DNA from: Chromera velia
Lineage: Eukaryota
Direction: 5' to 3'
Assembly: GCA_018398765.1 (NCBI GenBank)
Contig: JAHBMJ010000204.1
Coordinates: 1-54,219 of the forward strand
DNA: 54,219 nt
In this document: piece after piece, positions 12,629 through 25,322 of the stretch
Layout of the letters: every line of letters starts with the position of its first letter
How positions within the stretch are numbered: the first letter of the stretch is position 1
Translations under genes and position numbers: made by a program
The notes under the pieces: model-generated
What the model saw: only the letters and a program-made list of their open reading frames with translations
What the model was told of the DNA's origin: nothing
Database searches by the model: none

Positions 12629-13501
12629 ATAGGGGTGTAAAATCTCTTTTGGACAGGGGGGGGGGACCCCGTCGGCGGGGCAGGCAGGAGCCTGCCCGAC
12701 GGGGGGGCCCGTCCTTCGGGCGGGGCCGCAGAGCGCGAACGGGGGGGGGGACCCGTCGGATCAAACGGGAGGGGGGGGCGCGCGGAGTTTGTGCGCACGA
12801 TCAAAATTAATTTTTCGAGTCTATCATTGAATGATTCACCTACCCCGCCATGCCCCGCCTTCTGTGAACAGTCGCTTTCTTATATGGTTTTTCTGTTTTC
12901 CCTTGCTTTACACTGCTGCTGACTGTTATGCCTTCACACCGCTCACTGCTGCTGATTTTACTGCTCAAGCCCGGACCCCATTGAGATCGTTGATCCGTTG
13001 CCGACCATTAATTTTTTCATTGTCTTTCCCTCTGAAGTCTTTTCAAGATGCTGTGAAGATTCGTACTTCAAAAGGGCACATCGATTACCTAATATCTATA
13101 TCATAAGTGTTTTTGCCTCTGCCATTCTTTGTTTGATGACAAATTAGAAAAAATTAGAAGCTGATTAATGATACCTCATGACGGAGTTAAATTTAATTGA
13201 TGCTGAAGTTAATTTTATTTAAGTTACAAAATGTTATAAGAAGATTTTAGCTAGAATTTCAGAAGTTTAAGTATGTTTTAAGTTAGAGTTGAGAATAGTT
13301 TAGGCATGTTTAGGCTTCATGAAGGTCATCATCTAGGTTGTCTTTATGACCTAGCACTTTTTCTCACCTAGAGCTCTCCAAACAGGGGGGTCTCCGTTCA
13401 TAGAGGTCTAATCTCCCTAGAGCTTGAACGGGGGGGACCCCGTCAGATCTGGAGTCCTAAGAGCTCGAACGCACCCCCCCCACCCGTTCTTACACCCCTA
13501 T
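12629..13501 (+). mobile_element. Non-autonomous hAT-like DNA transposon (internal deletion derivative) inside an ankyrin-gene intron
   Basis: TIRs ATAGGGGTGTAA ... TTACACCCCTAT; 8-bp TSD AATGCGAG (12621-12628) / AATGTGAG (13502-13509); GC-rich subterminal palindromes; second copy at 53507-54219 on the opposite strand. An 8-bp TSD with short TIRs is typical of hAT. Confidence 0.85.
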
Positions 13502-15507
13502 AATGTGAGGCGGTATGAGAGGATCCATAACATTAGCCTTGTCCTTTTCATTTTCCGCTCTAACCCATATTGAAAGACTCATGCAGTTTGGATGAAGAAA
13601 TGACGTACGGACACATGTTATGCAGACTTAATTATCGTCTGACTAGCCACTGAAAGAATTTGATTGAAGGAACGCAGATGGAAATAATTAAGGCATCAAC
13701 ATCTCTCGTTACAGGGCCAAGAATGGTGTGAACACAAAACGGGAAGAAGGAAAGGGAAACGAGTGGATCAAAGGAAAATTCGATCGCGGCGAGGAGTCTC
13801 AGACCATCAAGCCGGCAGAAGAAAAGAATAAAAGTGAAGCTGAAAGGCCCGAGAAAAACAGACCTTGTTTGGCTGTAATGGCGAAGCGCCGCACTTGATA
13901 AGCACTTTGACGAGTTTAGACGTCATGTTTGGGCCCATTTCAACCTGACGGAGAACGAAGTGGAGGAGCGGATCGCCGTTCTGCAAGCAGAAGTAGGGAT
14001 TTAATCAGTTCAAGAGGGAGCGTCTAAAGGAAGACGTTGGCATTTTTTGGTATTCTTCAGCGGGAACATATTTACCCACCGGGAGACGTGTACAAGTATC
14101 CATCAAGTTATGGAGCAAAAGAAGATTGAGTGAGAGCATCACATGTCACTGCCAGCAATTTTAAGGGGATAGAGTCTTGCATGGTAAGAGAAAAGAAGAG
14201 AAGAGAAGAAGAGAACTTAGAGATGCATGGGATGGAGGCTTAAGGATGGACCGACCATAGGCACGTTCGAGTTTGCACCGAGAAGCATCAAATTATGAAA
14301 TTCCTGGATCGCCTGCTGCCCCCCGGTGCGAGACACCTCCAATGCACCCTCCCGTATCTGGTCCTGTTGGCATGGAGATGAGAGGAGAGCTAGCTAGGAG
14401 ATGCGGGGGGAGGCGGGACAGCATCAGATGCAGGTTATGAATGGAAAAGATTGCAGAGAGAGGGGATGGTTCGAGAAATCAACTGAGTAAGTGCATGAGT
14501 ACACAAACAGAAACGATTAGTGATGGAGACTGGAGACTAAAAAAATGGGACAGCAGGCCAAAAGGCGAGAGAGAAAGAAACGACGAGCAAAACGAAAAGG
14601 TGCGGAGAGACGGGCACTTGGCAAGAAGGAAGACGGACGGACCGGATCAACGGAGCGAAATTTTTTGATGTATGCCCAGACTCTCTACAGCCGATGAATG
14701 CATGGATGGAGACAGATAGACAGGGAGGCAGAGAGAAAGACAGAAAGAAAGAACGCAAGAAAGAAAGAAAAATATATATAGAGCATGAGTGTGTTGATAC
14801 TACCAACCTATTTCTTTAAATTTGCCTGTCTGCACATAATTGGTTTCAAGTCTATCTGCGTCTTGTAAATGCGTTGATTGTGCTGAGCTGCCACCGTTCG
14901 TTCATGTATGGTAGACGTCGAAGAAGCAGGGGGAGAGCTGTATATGCTGACGTAGAAGCTTCCTTAAGCGACGTTTGTTAAGTCACTCACCTCTGACAGG
15001 TCCTTCTATTGTCGCTGTTCTTTCTCGTTTTCCACCTGAAGTGTTGTGATGCCCCCTTGTACGATAACAGCTTTAGGAGACGGCAAAGAAGAGGAAGACG
15101 AGCAGGGAAGACCGCTGTTGCCGACTCCCTCAGCACTTGTCTCCTCAACTTCTTTACTGTGTCCGACGCCACCCACACTATCGAGTTCCGATTCATGTAA
15201 GCTCATTCTGTGCTCATACCGCTGTGGGGATTTCTCTGAATGTAGCCAGATGACAGGAGATACAAAGTAAATCGATCAACCCTTGGATCGATAGACAATG
15301 TAACCACTACTTGTTGTTCAGGTCATTGCCCCTGCTGCGACTTTAAATCATCACAGCATGCACGTTCTGGTGCGTTCGGCTTTTCGTTCCTCAATTACAG
15401 GTCCGGTGGAGAGAACAACGACCCTGGCGATCCCTGGCTGCCATTGCAAGTCAGCAGAGGGCAGATGAGGGCAGAGATGGGCAGAGCCTGTAGTATTATT
15501 AATAATA

Positions 15508-15895
15508 CCCTAGATGACAAAATTATTGAAGAAACTTCAAGTAATAAAAAAAAATTAAAGAGATAGGGCAAAGAAGGAAACAATACTTTTAATTAAATTG
15601 TTTTGAAAATGGTTTTATTTTGTTACTGTGTTAAGGCTATTCTATATCTATTTGCTATTAATCTTGTGAAAATATGTTTTTTACACACCGTAAACAACCC
15701 TAGCGGTCTCAAATTGGGTGTGTTGGTTTCAATAGTAGTTATATAGGCAAAGATGAGCCAATACAGCCCTAGTATCATACTAGCAACTACACTGGCTCTA
15801 AAACTTTCAAAGAAGGGAGCTTGATCCAATGTCGTCCCCGAAAATGAAATTTCGCCAAACTCAAAAATTTTATTCAATAATTTTGTTGCCTAGGG
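15508..15895. mobile_element. MITE with 23-bp TIRs, flanked by TA
   Basis: CCCTAGATGACAAAATTATTGAA (15508-15530) vs reverse complement of 15873-15895 CCCTAGGCAACAAAATTATTGAA, 20/23 with all three mismatches transitions; TA on both sides; AT-rich interior. Confidence 0.7.
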
Positions 15896-16232
15896 TAGTA
15901 ACGATTCAGCTGGAGCTAGGAAGTGGCCCGGCGCGCGGGGTCCGCGTGCATGCATGTACGACGCGAGCTTCAATGACCGAGCTGTATATAGCTTGATTTG
16001 TCTCTTCTTCACATAGAATTCCAGACACTAGCTGTGTCGCCATCTCGATCGGTCATTCGACACTCCAAACTCTTTCCTCCTCCTTCGAACCTCCTGCGCA
16101 GGCTTCAGGGGAACGGATGAGAACGGAAGAACAACGGCTGCACATACATAGACGGGTGAATGCAACTTACACGACGTTTCCAAACTGTCTGACCTTCGTA
16201 CAGGCAGACACAGCAGCAAAACCTTTAGATAC

Positions 16233-16751
16233 ATGGCAGCTCTCCCAAGCCAACCAGGAGTTCCGCTACTCCGGTCCGTTGACGTTCTCTTTGACCTTGC
16301 CGAAAAGGGTGTCTGGGCATTTCTCCATGTCGGTCGGTTGAAGGAGTTTGTCTGTAGAGGAGAACAAATTGTCCACCGCCAGCAACTGCAGAAAGATCAC
16401 CCAGAGCTCTTCTGGCAAAAGGACCAGGGGAGGGACCTCGTAATCCACGCACTCTCCTACCCCTGGTTGAGCAAGGACCACCCAGACCCCCACGGAATCA
16501 TCACAGAAAGAATCTGCAAATTCCAGGGCCTCAAAGACAAAAGTGCGTCCAGAGTGCACGCAGTCTGCATCAATGAACCTGCTGCCTCCGCACGCAAGCG
16601 TTCGTGCGTGCGTCAGGCGAAGCTGCTGCTGAGCTGAAAGAAAGATGCGAATGGTGAAACCAAAAACAGGAAGCATTGAACTCTGCGTGCATCTCCGTCC
16701 ACATATGTCCACCTATCTCATTGCGTGTAGCTTCTCACTTGGACCTCTCTT

Positions 16752-16787
<36 letters not shown>

Positions 16788-19700
16788 TTCCCCGCCCCCC
16801 TCTGTCTTTTTTTTGCTCCCTCTCTCTCTATGTGGGTGTGCATGTGTGCATGCGTGCATTTTCTGTCTGTATGTGTGAATAATCCATACATTATGGAGAC
16901 ACGTGGCCGCGCTACACAGAGGGATGTCTGGTTTAATTCCCCTCTTTCGACCGACACGCACGGTTTTCTTTCTCTTTCTTTTTCTCTCTCTTTGCCTTTG
17001 TGCAAACACGCCAACCGACGCCCCTTCTTGCCTTCATTCACCCTGCCTGAATGGATCGACGAGCAGCTCTACTGTTTTGGGACTTCGCGTCCCTCCACCA
17101 GCACCCCCCAGGACGGGAGAGGACGGAGGAGGAGACGCTACTCTTCCACGAGGCCCTTCAGTCCCTCCCTCTCCTCTACGGGAACCAGCACCCTCAGGTC
17201 AGATCGGTCGGCCCGGGAGCAGACATGGATGGCATGGTGCATGCGGCTGTTGCCATCCATCCATGCAGGTGCAGAAGCCGGCCACGCAATGAATGATCCA
17301 CTGTATGTTCGATCGAATCAAACAAAAAGGTCCCAAAACATCGAATTCCTTCCTTCCCTCCTCCCTTCCATCCTCTTCTGCCAGATCGGATCGGATCAGA
17401 GGGTCATGCGCCCTCAATGCGAGGATCATTGGATGTGCCCTGCATGGCCACAGCTTATCTGTCAATATATGCATGCCACCCATGCAGATCTCTCTCTCAT
17501 GCAGCAGCACCTCAACCCAAGCATGACGTTCAATGGAGCTAGGTACATTTAACTATTTTTGTCTTCTCTCTCTCGATGTTTACATATATATGTGCCTTTC
17601 ACGCCGCTTCATGCCTGCACTCGATCAGGTGGTCTTTCTGAGATGCACTGCCGGACCCTCAGAAACAAAAACAGCGGAGACGGGAGGAAACACGCGGCCC
17701 TACTGGTTTCGTGGGTGGTCAGTCAGTCGGTGCGTGCATGTGAACACTCGAGTGCATGCATGGTGCGCATGTGAAGTGAGAGCAGATCAGGCTATCCGTC
17801 TTATATCGTCCTTTCTTCGGGGTAGTCAGCATGCCTCGGGCGTCAATTGAATTAAGTGTTCGCGGACCGCCAGCTGACTGCCATTCTGACTGCATGCTGT
17901 CTGGCCAGGGGTTTTGAAGAATGGGTGTAGGGAAGGACAAGAAGAAACTTTCTGTCTCTTTGTCAATCAATTTCTCTGTCTCTTCGCCGTTCAAGAGAAG
18001 GAAAGGAGAGCCTGTCTGCGTGCTTGTCTTTCTGTGAATATGTGTATTTCTCTGTCTGTCTGTTAGTCTATTTGTCTGTGTGTAGGTCTATTCTTCTGCT
18101 TCTGTATGTGTGGGTTTGAAGGTAATGTCCGTTTTCTTTTTTTTGGTGAGCGAGTGTAGGAGATAAGGGCGAAACCTCACCCAGATACGCACCGACAAGG
18201 GTGAACAAATCAATAAACAAACGAATCAGCGATCAAACAAAAACTACGCACATGTAGTTCTGTTTTCTGTCTGCAAGCAGGTGCACATTCGAGTCGTTTG
18301 TTGCCAATGGCAAGGGCAACCACTTTTTCATTCTGGATGTAGACACGGAGTCCGGTACTGAGGGCCCAGAGGCCCAAAATGAAAATAGGAATTTGGAAAC
18401 CGAGAAGCCCTCTGTGCAGGTCCGAAAGGCTCAGGCCAAAATTCCCAGAGCGCCCGCGGACTTTCGAAAGTGCGTCAGAAGAGATCAGATCAAATCACAA
18501 GAGATCAGATTGTCTTCCTTCCTGCGTGGCCTGTCTGCCTCTCTGCCTGTCTGCCTGTCTGCCTGTCTTCCTGTCTGCCTGTCTGCAGCTGTCCGGTTTG
18601 ACAATGAGTCAACAGAAAGGGAAGGGAAGGAAAGAAACGAAAAGAACTTATCGTCTGTCAGTCTACCTGTGTGCCTGCATGTGTGTTCGCATGTCAACAC
18701 ATCTTTGTCCGCACGCGGCTTCTTCACCGAGACAGTTGCACCGCTGGTTCCTTTCCTGAGCTCCCATCCTCCCCATCTGCCTCCCTCCGCCCCTCCCTCC
18801 CTGAAATTAAGATTTCTTCTCCCTCCCTGAAATCAAGATTTCTTCAAGCGCATGCATCGAGATATTTCCCTAGCTTAATTCTTCCCCCGCATGCAGGCTG
18901 CTTGAGGAGAAGGAGCAAGGAGAGAGCGGCCTCCCGGTGATAGCTTTCACGAACGCCTCTGATTGCAGCAGAGTAGCTGACCTCTACGAAGCATATGCTC
19001 GACTCTTCGTAAAGTCTCTGAAGGAACTGCGACTCGAGACGGTCTCTCTGAAGGGAGAGGGTGCTGCGTCTTTCCTCGCTTCTTTTCTGTCCTTTGTTGC
19101 AGACTGCCTGGAAGAAGAAGCAGGAGAGCTGATCAATCAGGAAGAAGTCGCAGGAGCAGTGCGAAAGGGAAAATCCAAAAGAAAGCCAAAATACGCTTCT
19201 CTTAAAAAAGCTCCAGCAATTCCCAGACCGTCACGACCGCCGTCCTTCGGTCTCTCTAAGATTGTTCTTTTCGGCACTGGTTTGACAGACAGAGAGCTGA
19301 CCGAGCTAACCCCTGCCTTCTGCCGACTGTCCTCTCTGACCTCTCTTCACCTATCCAACAACGAGGACCTGACCTCAGAGGGCGTGACCGCACTGGCCGA
19401 CGCCCTCTCCCGGCACCCCGGAGTCGAGGTTCCCCTAGAGCTGCTGGACCTGTCCTGGTCCCCCCAGGTATGTATGTCTAGCTGTCGGCCGAGCTTCCTT
19501 CCTTCCTTCCTTCCTTCCTTGTTGGATCGATATGATCGGAATGCTTTGTGTATTCATTTGATTTTGTGAGAACAGATTCTTCTCCAACACACACACGCTG
19601 CACCTCTCCAGTTCAACTGTTTGCATGTCTCTAGCTCTCAACATGTCCGTATTGCAGTGCTGCATTGAATTATTCCAACGTGACGTTCGGCTCGAGTCCT

Positions 19701-20169
19701 TTCATGCGGCCGCAATGCAATGCAGCCCCCCTCTTGGCGTCGTTACCCACCCTTCTTGAAACGTGTTTCCCACTCCGCCATTCATTTTTTCTGCACGGCG
19801 CACACAGCTAGGAGACATTCCGTGCACATCGATAAATCGGTAAAAGCATGGCCTTTCGGACCGGCTCATGCAAATTACCCACGAACTAAAGTGGGCCGGG
19901 ACACAATGACTTTCGTTCACACACTGCATGTGGATGGTGTCCGATCCTTAGACTGGTTTTGTGTCCCTGCAACGCCCTGGCTGCAGGTGGATGACCGGTG
20001 CGTGGAGGCGCTGGCTCGGTGGGCAGCTGGGAGGCACAGACGTGGAGTGAAAGTCTGGATGGACAAGAGTGAGGGGAACAGCCTGTATGTTGAGGGAACG
20101 GGAATCACAGACAAGGGGGAACGTCTGTTTGCAGACACACTCAAACACGAACTCAATCAAGCTATTTAA
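16233..20169 (+). CDS. HET-like N-terminal domain + C-terminal leucine-rich repeat protein, 6 exons, 490 aa if the ATG at 16233 is the start
   Basis: GT-AG exons 16233-16542, 17067-17197, 17629-17717, 18281-18469, 18897-19467, 19987-20169 join in frame (1473 nt). Motifs HALSYPWLSKDHPDP, LFWDFASLHQ, ALQSLPLLY, YWFRGWCTFE, FTNASD parallel the HET-domain ALSYxW / WID..Q / RGWxxQE pattern; LRR units LTSLHLSNN and LELLDLSWS. Confidence 0.85.
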
Positions 20170-21525
20170 TGTAGCAATAAATCTGGCAATAAATGTAGAT
20201 AGATTACTGCTAAACTTATCTAAACTGTACCTAACTGTACCAAGCTTAGGCAAGCTGCATGACAAACAGATAGTGCTAGGAAAAGGTTCAAGGTTTAAGG
20301 TTCAAGGTTCACTTCGAAGTAATGAACCTGAATCAGGTTCAAAAACAGGTTCACTTTTAATTAATAGAAACCTCATTTTTTCGTGTTATTTTATGCCTTT
20401 AAATTAGGCTTTAATGCATTTTTAGAACGTTTTATTATAGAATCTATGCCTTAGTAGTGTTTTTAAATAGTTTAAATCAATATTTATGCTTAAAACAGAA
20501 CGTGTTTCATCTGGTTTTAACAGTTCTAGCAATAGTTTCATTTAACGCAATTCAATGATTCTATCAACTGTATTTACTGGTAGTTACTAATAAAAGTAAA
20601 CTTGAGAAGAACTAAAAAAATAGTCAAAGTTACTAGTAAAAGTATAGCTAAAAACATGGAATTAAATTATTCAAGTTAGCTTTAATATATACAATTCAAA
20701 ATTTTTTTACTATACTATATAACTAGCTAGCTACATAACTATAGCTATAGAACTATAGTTACAGACTCACAGTAAGGTTTTCAAAAGTTAACTATTCATT
20801 GTTTGATTATATACCGTTTAAGGAGGAACACGACTTATATCAATTTGATGAATTTAATTAACAAAAGTTACAAAACTGTTGATCACTTTGCCCAATAGGC
20901 TACCCAAAGGTTCAAAAAACAACACTGGCATCTAGACTAGCATGCATGCAGTTGTAATCCAATTTATTGGTTGCATATATCAAATCAATATTAATATGAA
21001 TATTTAATCCATATAATATTTTATTTAAAAAACAATTTAAATTTTTTTTTTAAAAAAACTCTTAATTCAAAAACTGTTTGAAAAACAATGTAAACAAATT
21101 TAAAGGATAAGATAGTTTCTGTTTTCACCGTTTCAGAGGAATCTGCTGCTGGTGTTGCTGTTGTGAACGCTGCTGCCTCTGTTGTTCAAATTGATGGCTC
21201 TCACGGTTTGTCCTCCCCCCCACCATTTCTTTCATGTGTTTGCCCATGCATGCTGCTTCTCCATGGTACATTCACCCTTATCAGAAACAGTCTCATGATT
21301 CATTCGATCTTAGTATAGACCTCCCCAAAGGAACAATTAATGAGAAACAAAATGGGTCAAGCTCAAGAACCTCCATCAATAAAGAAAAAGAAAGGGGGGG
21401 GGTAAAGAAGAAGAAAAGGAGAGAGGACAACAAGCAGCAGCTACTAGTAGGGGAATCGTGGAGGCAGAAAGCGACTAAGCACTGAGCAAAAAGCTGAAAG
21501 GGGGCAAGAGAATGAGATATTTACC

Positions 21526-21873
21526 GCAGCAGCATCAGTGCCAAGAGAACCTCCAGAACCAGACTTGTCCTCCGGAAGTTCAACAACAGCCTTCAGTCGA
21601 CAGAGTAAAGGAGACCCGAAGCACACATTCATGTTAACTATTTTTGCATAAGCAATTTGAAAGAAGATCAAGTGTGCTCACACCCCACAAGATAATCTGC
21701 GGGGACTTCAAAGTCTCTAAGTTGCCCCCTGCAGCAACAAAAAGCTTTTCTTCGTCGAGAAGAGATCGACCGATCTTGCGTACTTCAAGAAAAGAGAGAT
21801 GCTTGAATTTTTCGAGTCTCTCAACAGCAAGAACAAACTCTCCGACACGATCTGACTCCAACATCGAAACGAA
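21526..21873 (-). other. Spliced coding fragment of unknown function in an AT-rich, TE-like island
   Basis: FVSMLESDRVGEFVLAVERLEKFKHLSFLEVRKIG...QIILWG followed by GTGAGC, a short candidate intron, then AVVELPEDKSGSGGSLGTDAAA followed by GTAAAT; no recognisable domain. Confidence 0.3.
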
Positions 21874-22821
21874 CTTTCAGGAAAAAGAAAGACGTGGTTC
21901 TCTACTGATTATACTATCATTATAGACTTCAAGATGTGGCTATGTGCAGACGACAAAAGTTAATCAATAACTTTGTACTCGTACAGCAGAGGATGGACTG
22001 TTCACATGTTCAATCGACGAAACGAGAACCCATGAACCCACTGAGGCCTGTTCAGGCTCTCTCTACCATGTAGAGAAGTCAACAGCTATTTGTAGCTACT
22101 GTTCGATCATACAGATAAAGGTACTATCATGCATAGTCTGTACTGCAATCTCCTATCTTCCAGCTGAACAACAGATCGATCATTGCCCATTCACTGCATG
22201 AATCTAGATCGATACAATTCATGCATGCAGTATATATGTACGTCTGCGTGCATGTATGCAAGTATGCATGCCATATGATACGTTCATGGCCATGCCCACT
22301 TTTAGCGCGGTCCTGACACAACTGCTTCTCAAAGTCGCACTGTCGGAGTCCGACCTCGATCGATCCACAATGCATGCTACGAATATCATATGTACAACAC
22401 TAGATCCGCCCCCCCCCTCAAAAGATCCGCCCCTCATATATGGGGACACGGCATGCATAATAAGACTTTAAATTATTAATATCATATGTACGATAATATT
22501 AGATAATATAGCTTAACATAGCTAGGTCTGAACCTACTTAACTGAGCCATCAAACACTCTAACTAGCACTAGAGTACATTCATTTCATTTGATATTATTC
22601 GATATACCCTAGTTCATACTACGATGATTACTAACGTTATTAAGACAAAAACCATTTATACTAGCATGTGAAATGATCAAATCAACTAAAGAATGTACTA
22701 TCATATCAATGTAATAAAAGCTGTTAGGTGAATTGCTTGACATAGAGACCAACTAGCCGAATCGGCAGAGGTTAGTGCTGAATCGACTTCCGTCACCCCT
22801 CTCTCCCCCGCAACATTGAAG

Positions 22822-23112
22822 TCACAGGGGGAGGGCAATGTCCTTTTCCCCCTTCACTGCCGCAACAAGATAGTAGTAGAGAAAGTCAAGAAGGATCAGG
22901 AGATTGAAGAGCTCCGTACAGATGTGAAGCCCGCGACTTGGAATCGCCCCTGAGTGAAAGATTGGATATGTTAACCTGAGGACACACACCACGCACGCAC
23001 ACACGCGAACGAATGAAGACAAACCAGCTCACATATGCATGTGCAGAATCAGAGTACGTCTGTCCCTTCCCCCCCTCCCCCCATCTCTCTCACGCACAGA
23101 CAGAGAGCGATC

Positions 23113-23143
<31 letters not shown>

Positions 23144-23584
23144 TTGCAACTTCGAAAAATGCTAACATGAAAGAGGTCGAGATGTAAGTGCACAACGGGG
23201 AAGAACTGCCAAAGGTCATGATAAGGCGACAGGCCGGAACGCATTATTCTTCCTTCCTCACACACGTTCACATTCACTCCCCTTCTCAGGGACCTCACAA
23301 AGCCAAACGAGAAAAGACGGAAGGGGCAAAGGGAGAGATGCAACAGAAGGAATTCAGGGAGCAAATGGAGAGAGGATGACGGAGAGAGGACTGCCAGGCC
23401 GAAAGGGGAAAAGGGCAAAAACAGAGAGAGGGGGGGGGGGATCAATCTCATCCATCCATCTCCATTGCATGCAGCCCCCCTCGCTCTTACTCACCAGTAG
23501 GATAGCGCACAGAGGCGCGCAATGAAGAGAAGGACCACGAAATGTCCCAAAAGACTCGAAACTCTCCGCGGCCGCCTGCACACG

Positions 23585-23620
<36 letters not shown>

Positions 23621-23998
23621 GAGAGAGAGAGAGAGAGAGAGAGGTGAAGGTGGAGGCAGAAAAAGTCAAATTGATTTTTGTCCCGCCAATCAAAATCGCA
23701 CAAGCAATGTAACTAACTGTATTAATTGTGGTGTGTCTTTCTTTGCTTTTCTGATCATTCAGCAGGAGTGCAGACAGGAGTGCAGCCCTCAGGGGCGTTG
23801 AAAGTTCCGCCCGGGAGTTCAAAGCTCCACCTAGGGTTTGGCACCAATCAATCAATCAATCAATCAATTTTAATCAATCAATCAATCAATCAATTTTAAT
23901 CAATCAATCAATCCATCCATCAATCAATCAATCAATCAATCAATCAATTTTAATCAATCAATCAATCAATCAATCAATTTTAATCAGTCAATCAATCC

Positions 23999-24030
<32 letters not shown>

Positions 24031-24405
24031 CATAGACGCGGGCACCCGGGGACACACTGCACGTCTTCTCTTCCGTTCCACCATGAACCGCGGCACGGAT
24101 TTGTCTGATCGATCGAGAAGCATTTCCTTTTCCATGCAGGTCAAGAGAGGAAAACACAGGGAGTGGAGAGACCGACTGTATGTTCTTTCTTTTCCAAGAC
24201 AGACTATATCGTCTTTTCTTTCCCTTTTTCTCGTTCTTCATTCTCTTCTGTTTTTTTCATTCAGACAGATAGACAGACAGATCGACACTCCGTTTCCGTT
24301 TTGTCTTGCTTTAGCATGGACAGACAAACAGAGAAACAAGTAAATAGAGAGACTGCATCGTTCTCTCTTTCCATTTTCTTTCCCATTCTTTCAACATACG
24401 TAAAC

Positions 24406-24437
<32 letters not shown>

Positions 24438-25322
24438 GCAAACGGACATGAGAATGGGAAACAAGCCATTGTCAGTCGAGGGTCGGAGAGCGACCGAATG
24501 CAATGCGGAAAGGGGGGTCATTACTGACAAAATTTGAAAGAACCAGAAAATAGGAAGGGAACAATCTTTGAAAGCGCTTTCTTCTTCCTCGTGTACAGGC
24601 AAAATGCACTTACTTGTACACACACACACACACACAGACGTAAGGCCAGAGCCAGACTGACTCCCAAGAAACCAAATCTTATCCTACCTGGATGGATGGA
24701 TGACGCAAGAACCAAAACCCACGCATGTTGTACCGACTCACCCACCCACCTACCTGTTGTAGAACATGTACAGTTGGGGGATGAGTGCCAGTGCGAGCAT
24801 CGTATCGTCGAAGCACTCGTACAGAGAGTACAAAGTCGGCAGGCGTGTTCGACGGAAGATGAACAACGGTATCGTGATCACGAACGCGACGAAATACAAA
24901 AAGAACGCGTACACCTTTTTGCCGAGGTTATTGGGAAGAACCCGACAGAATTTCAATCCAAATGTGTCCCGGTCCTTTTCATAACTGCTGTAATACTTTG
25001 TGAAGATGTGGTACCACGAGAAGAATGAGAGGATCGACGTTGAAACGTCACAGATCCAAAATGCCAAACCCAAGCTGAAGTTATACGTCCACGCCAAAAT
25101 CACTTGAAGGACGACGTTGTTGAACTCTGAGAGGAAAAGAGCGAACAGAGACTGCAGGGAGATCCCAGCCGCAGACCGATCCTTCTTGACCTTCCAAATG
25201 ATGATCACGTACCCCAAAAACCAGAAGAGTGCAGTCCCATAATTCATCATGTCGTGCACCCACTCGTAGCTGTCCATGTGCGCATGGAGCGACTGCAGCT
25301 GTGCTTGCGTGTCGTCCGCCAT
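22822..25322 (-). CDS. ERD2: ER lumen protein-retaining receptor (KDEL/HDEL receptor family), 3 exons, 267 aa
   Basis: Exons 25322-24754, 23575-23495, 22975-22822 join in frame (804 nt). Motifs SAAGISLQS, SSYEKDRDTF, ALALIPQLYM, HFVVLLFIARL, DFLYYY and multiple hydrophobic helices match the ERD2 family. Confidence 0.92.
23845..24027. repeat. (TCAA)n microsatellite with higher-order TTTT interruptions, in ERD2 intron 1
   Basis: Direct reading of the sequence. Confidence 0.95.

Larger units (their letters stand above)
10134..15206 (-). pseudogene. Ankyrin-repeat protein pseudogene, one repeat per phase-0 exon
   Basis: Exons on minus: 15206-14991 (in-frame TAG at 15006-15008), 14363-14256 (..LMLLGANSNVPM), 13980-13864 (NGDPLLHF..LVKVLIKCGA), 12440-12342, 12046-11948, 11798-11700, 11402-11304, 11152-11042, 10741-10643 (GxTPLYxAAxxGHxxVVxILxxAGAD), and a degenerate exon from 10234 (SGCTPLHNA..HEKVVAL). 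Lesions: AA instead of AG acceptor (12441-12442), ATGAGT donor (11694-11699), TTGAGT donor (11036-11041). Confidence 0.85.

Noticed and set aside
13681..14160. Stop-interrupted + strand frame (ALDKHFDEFRRHVW..) as a separate pseudogene
   Set aside because: It is the antisense of the minus-strand ankyrin exon 13980-13864, which has canonical splice sites.
15006..15008. TAG-to-Gln genetic code reassignment
   Set aside because: No in-frame TAG seen in the exons I traced for the four intact genes, and this gene has other disabling lesions.
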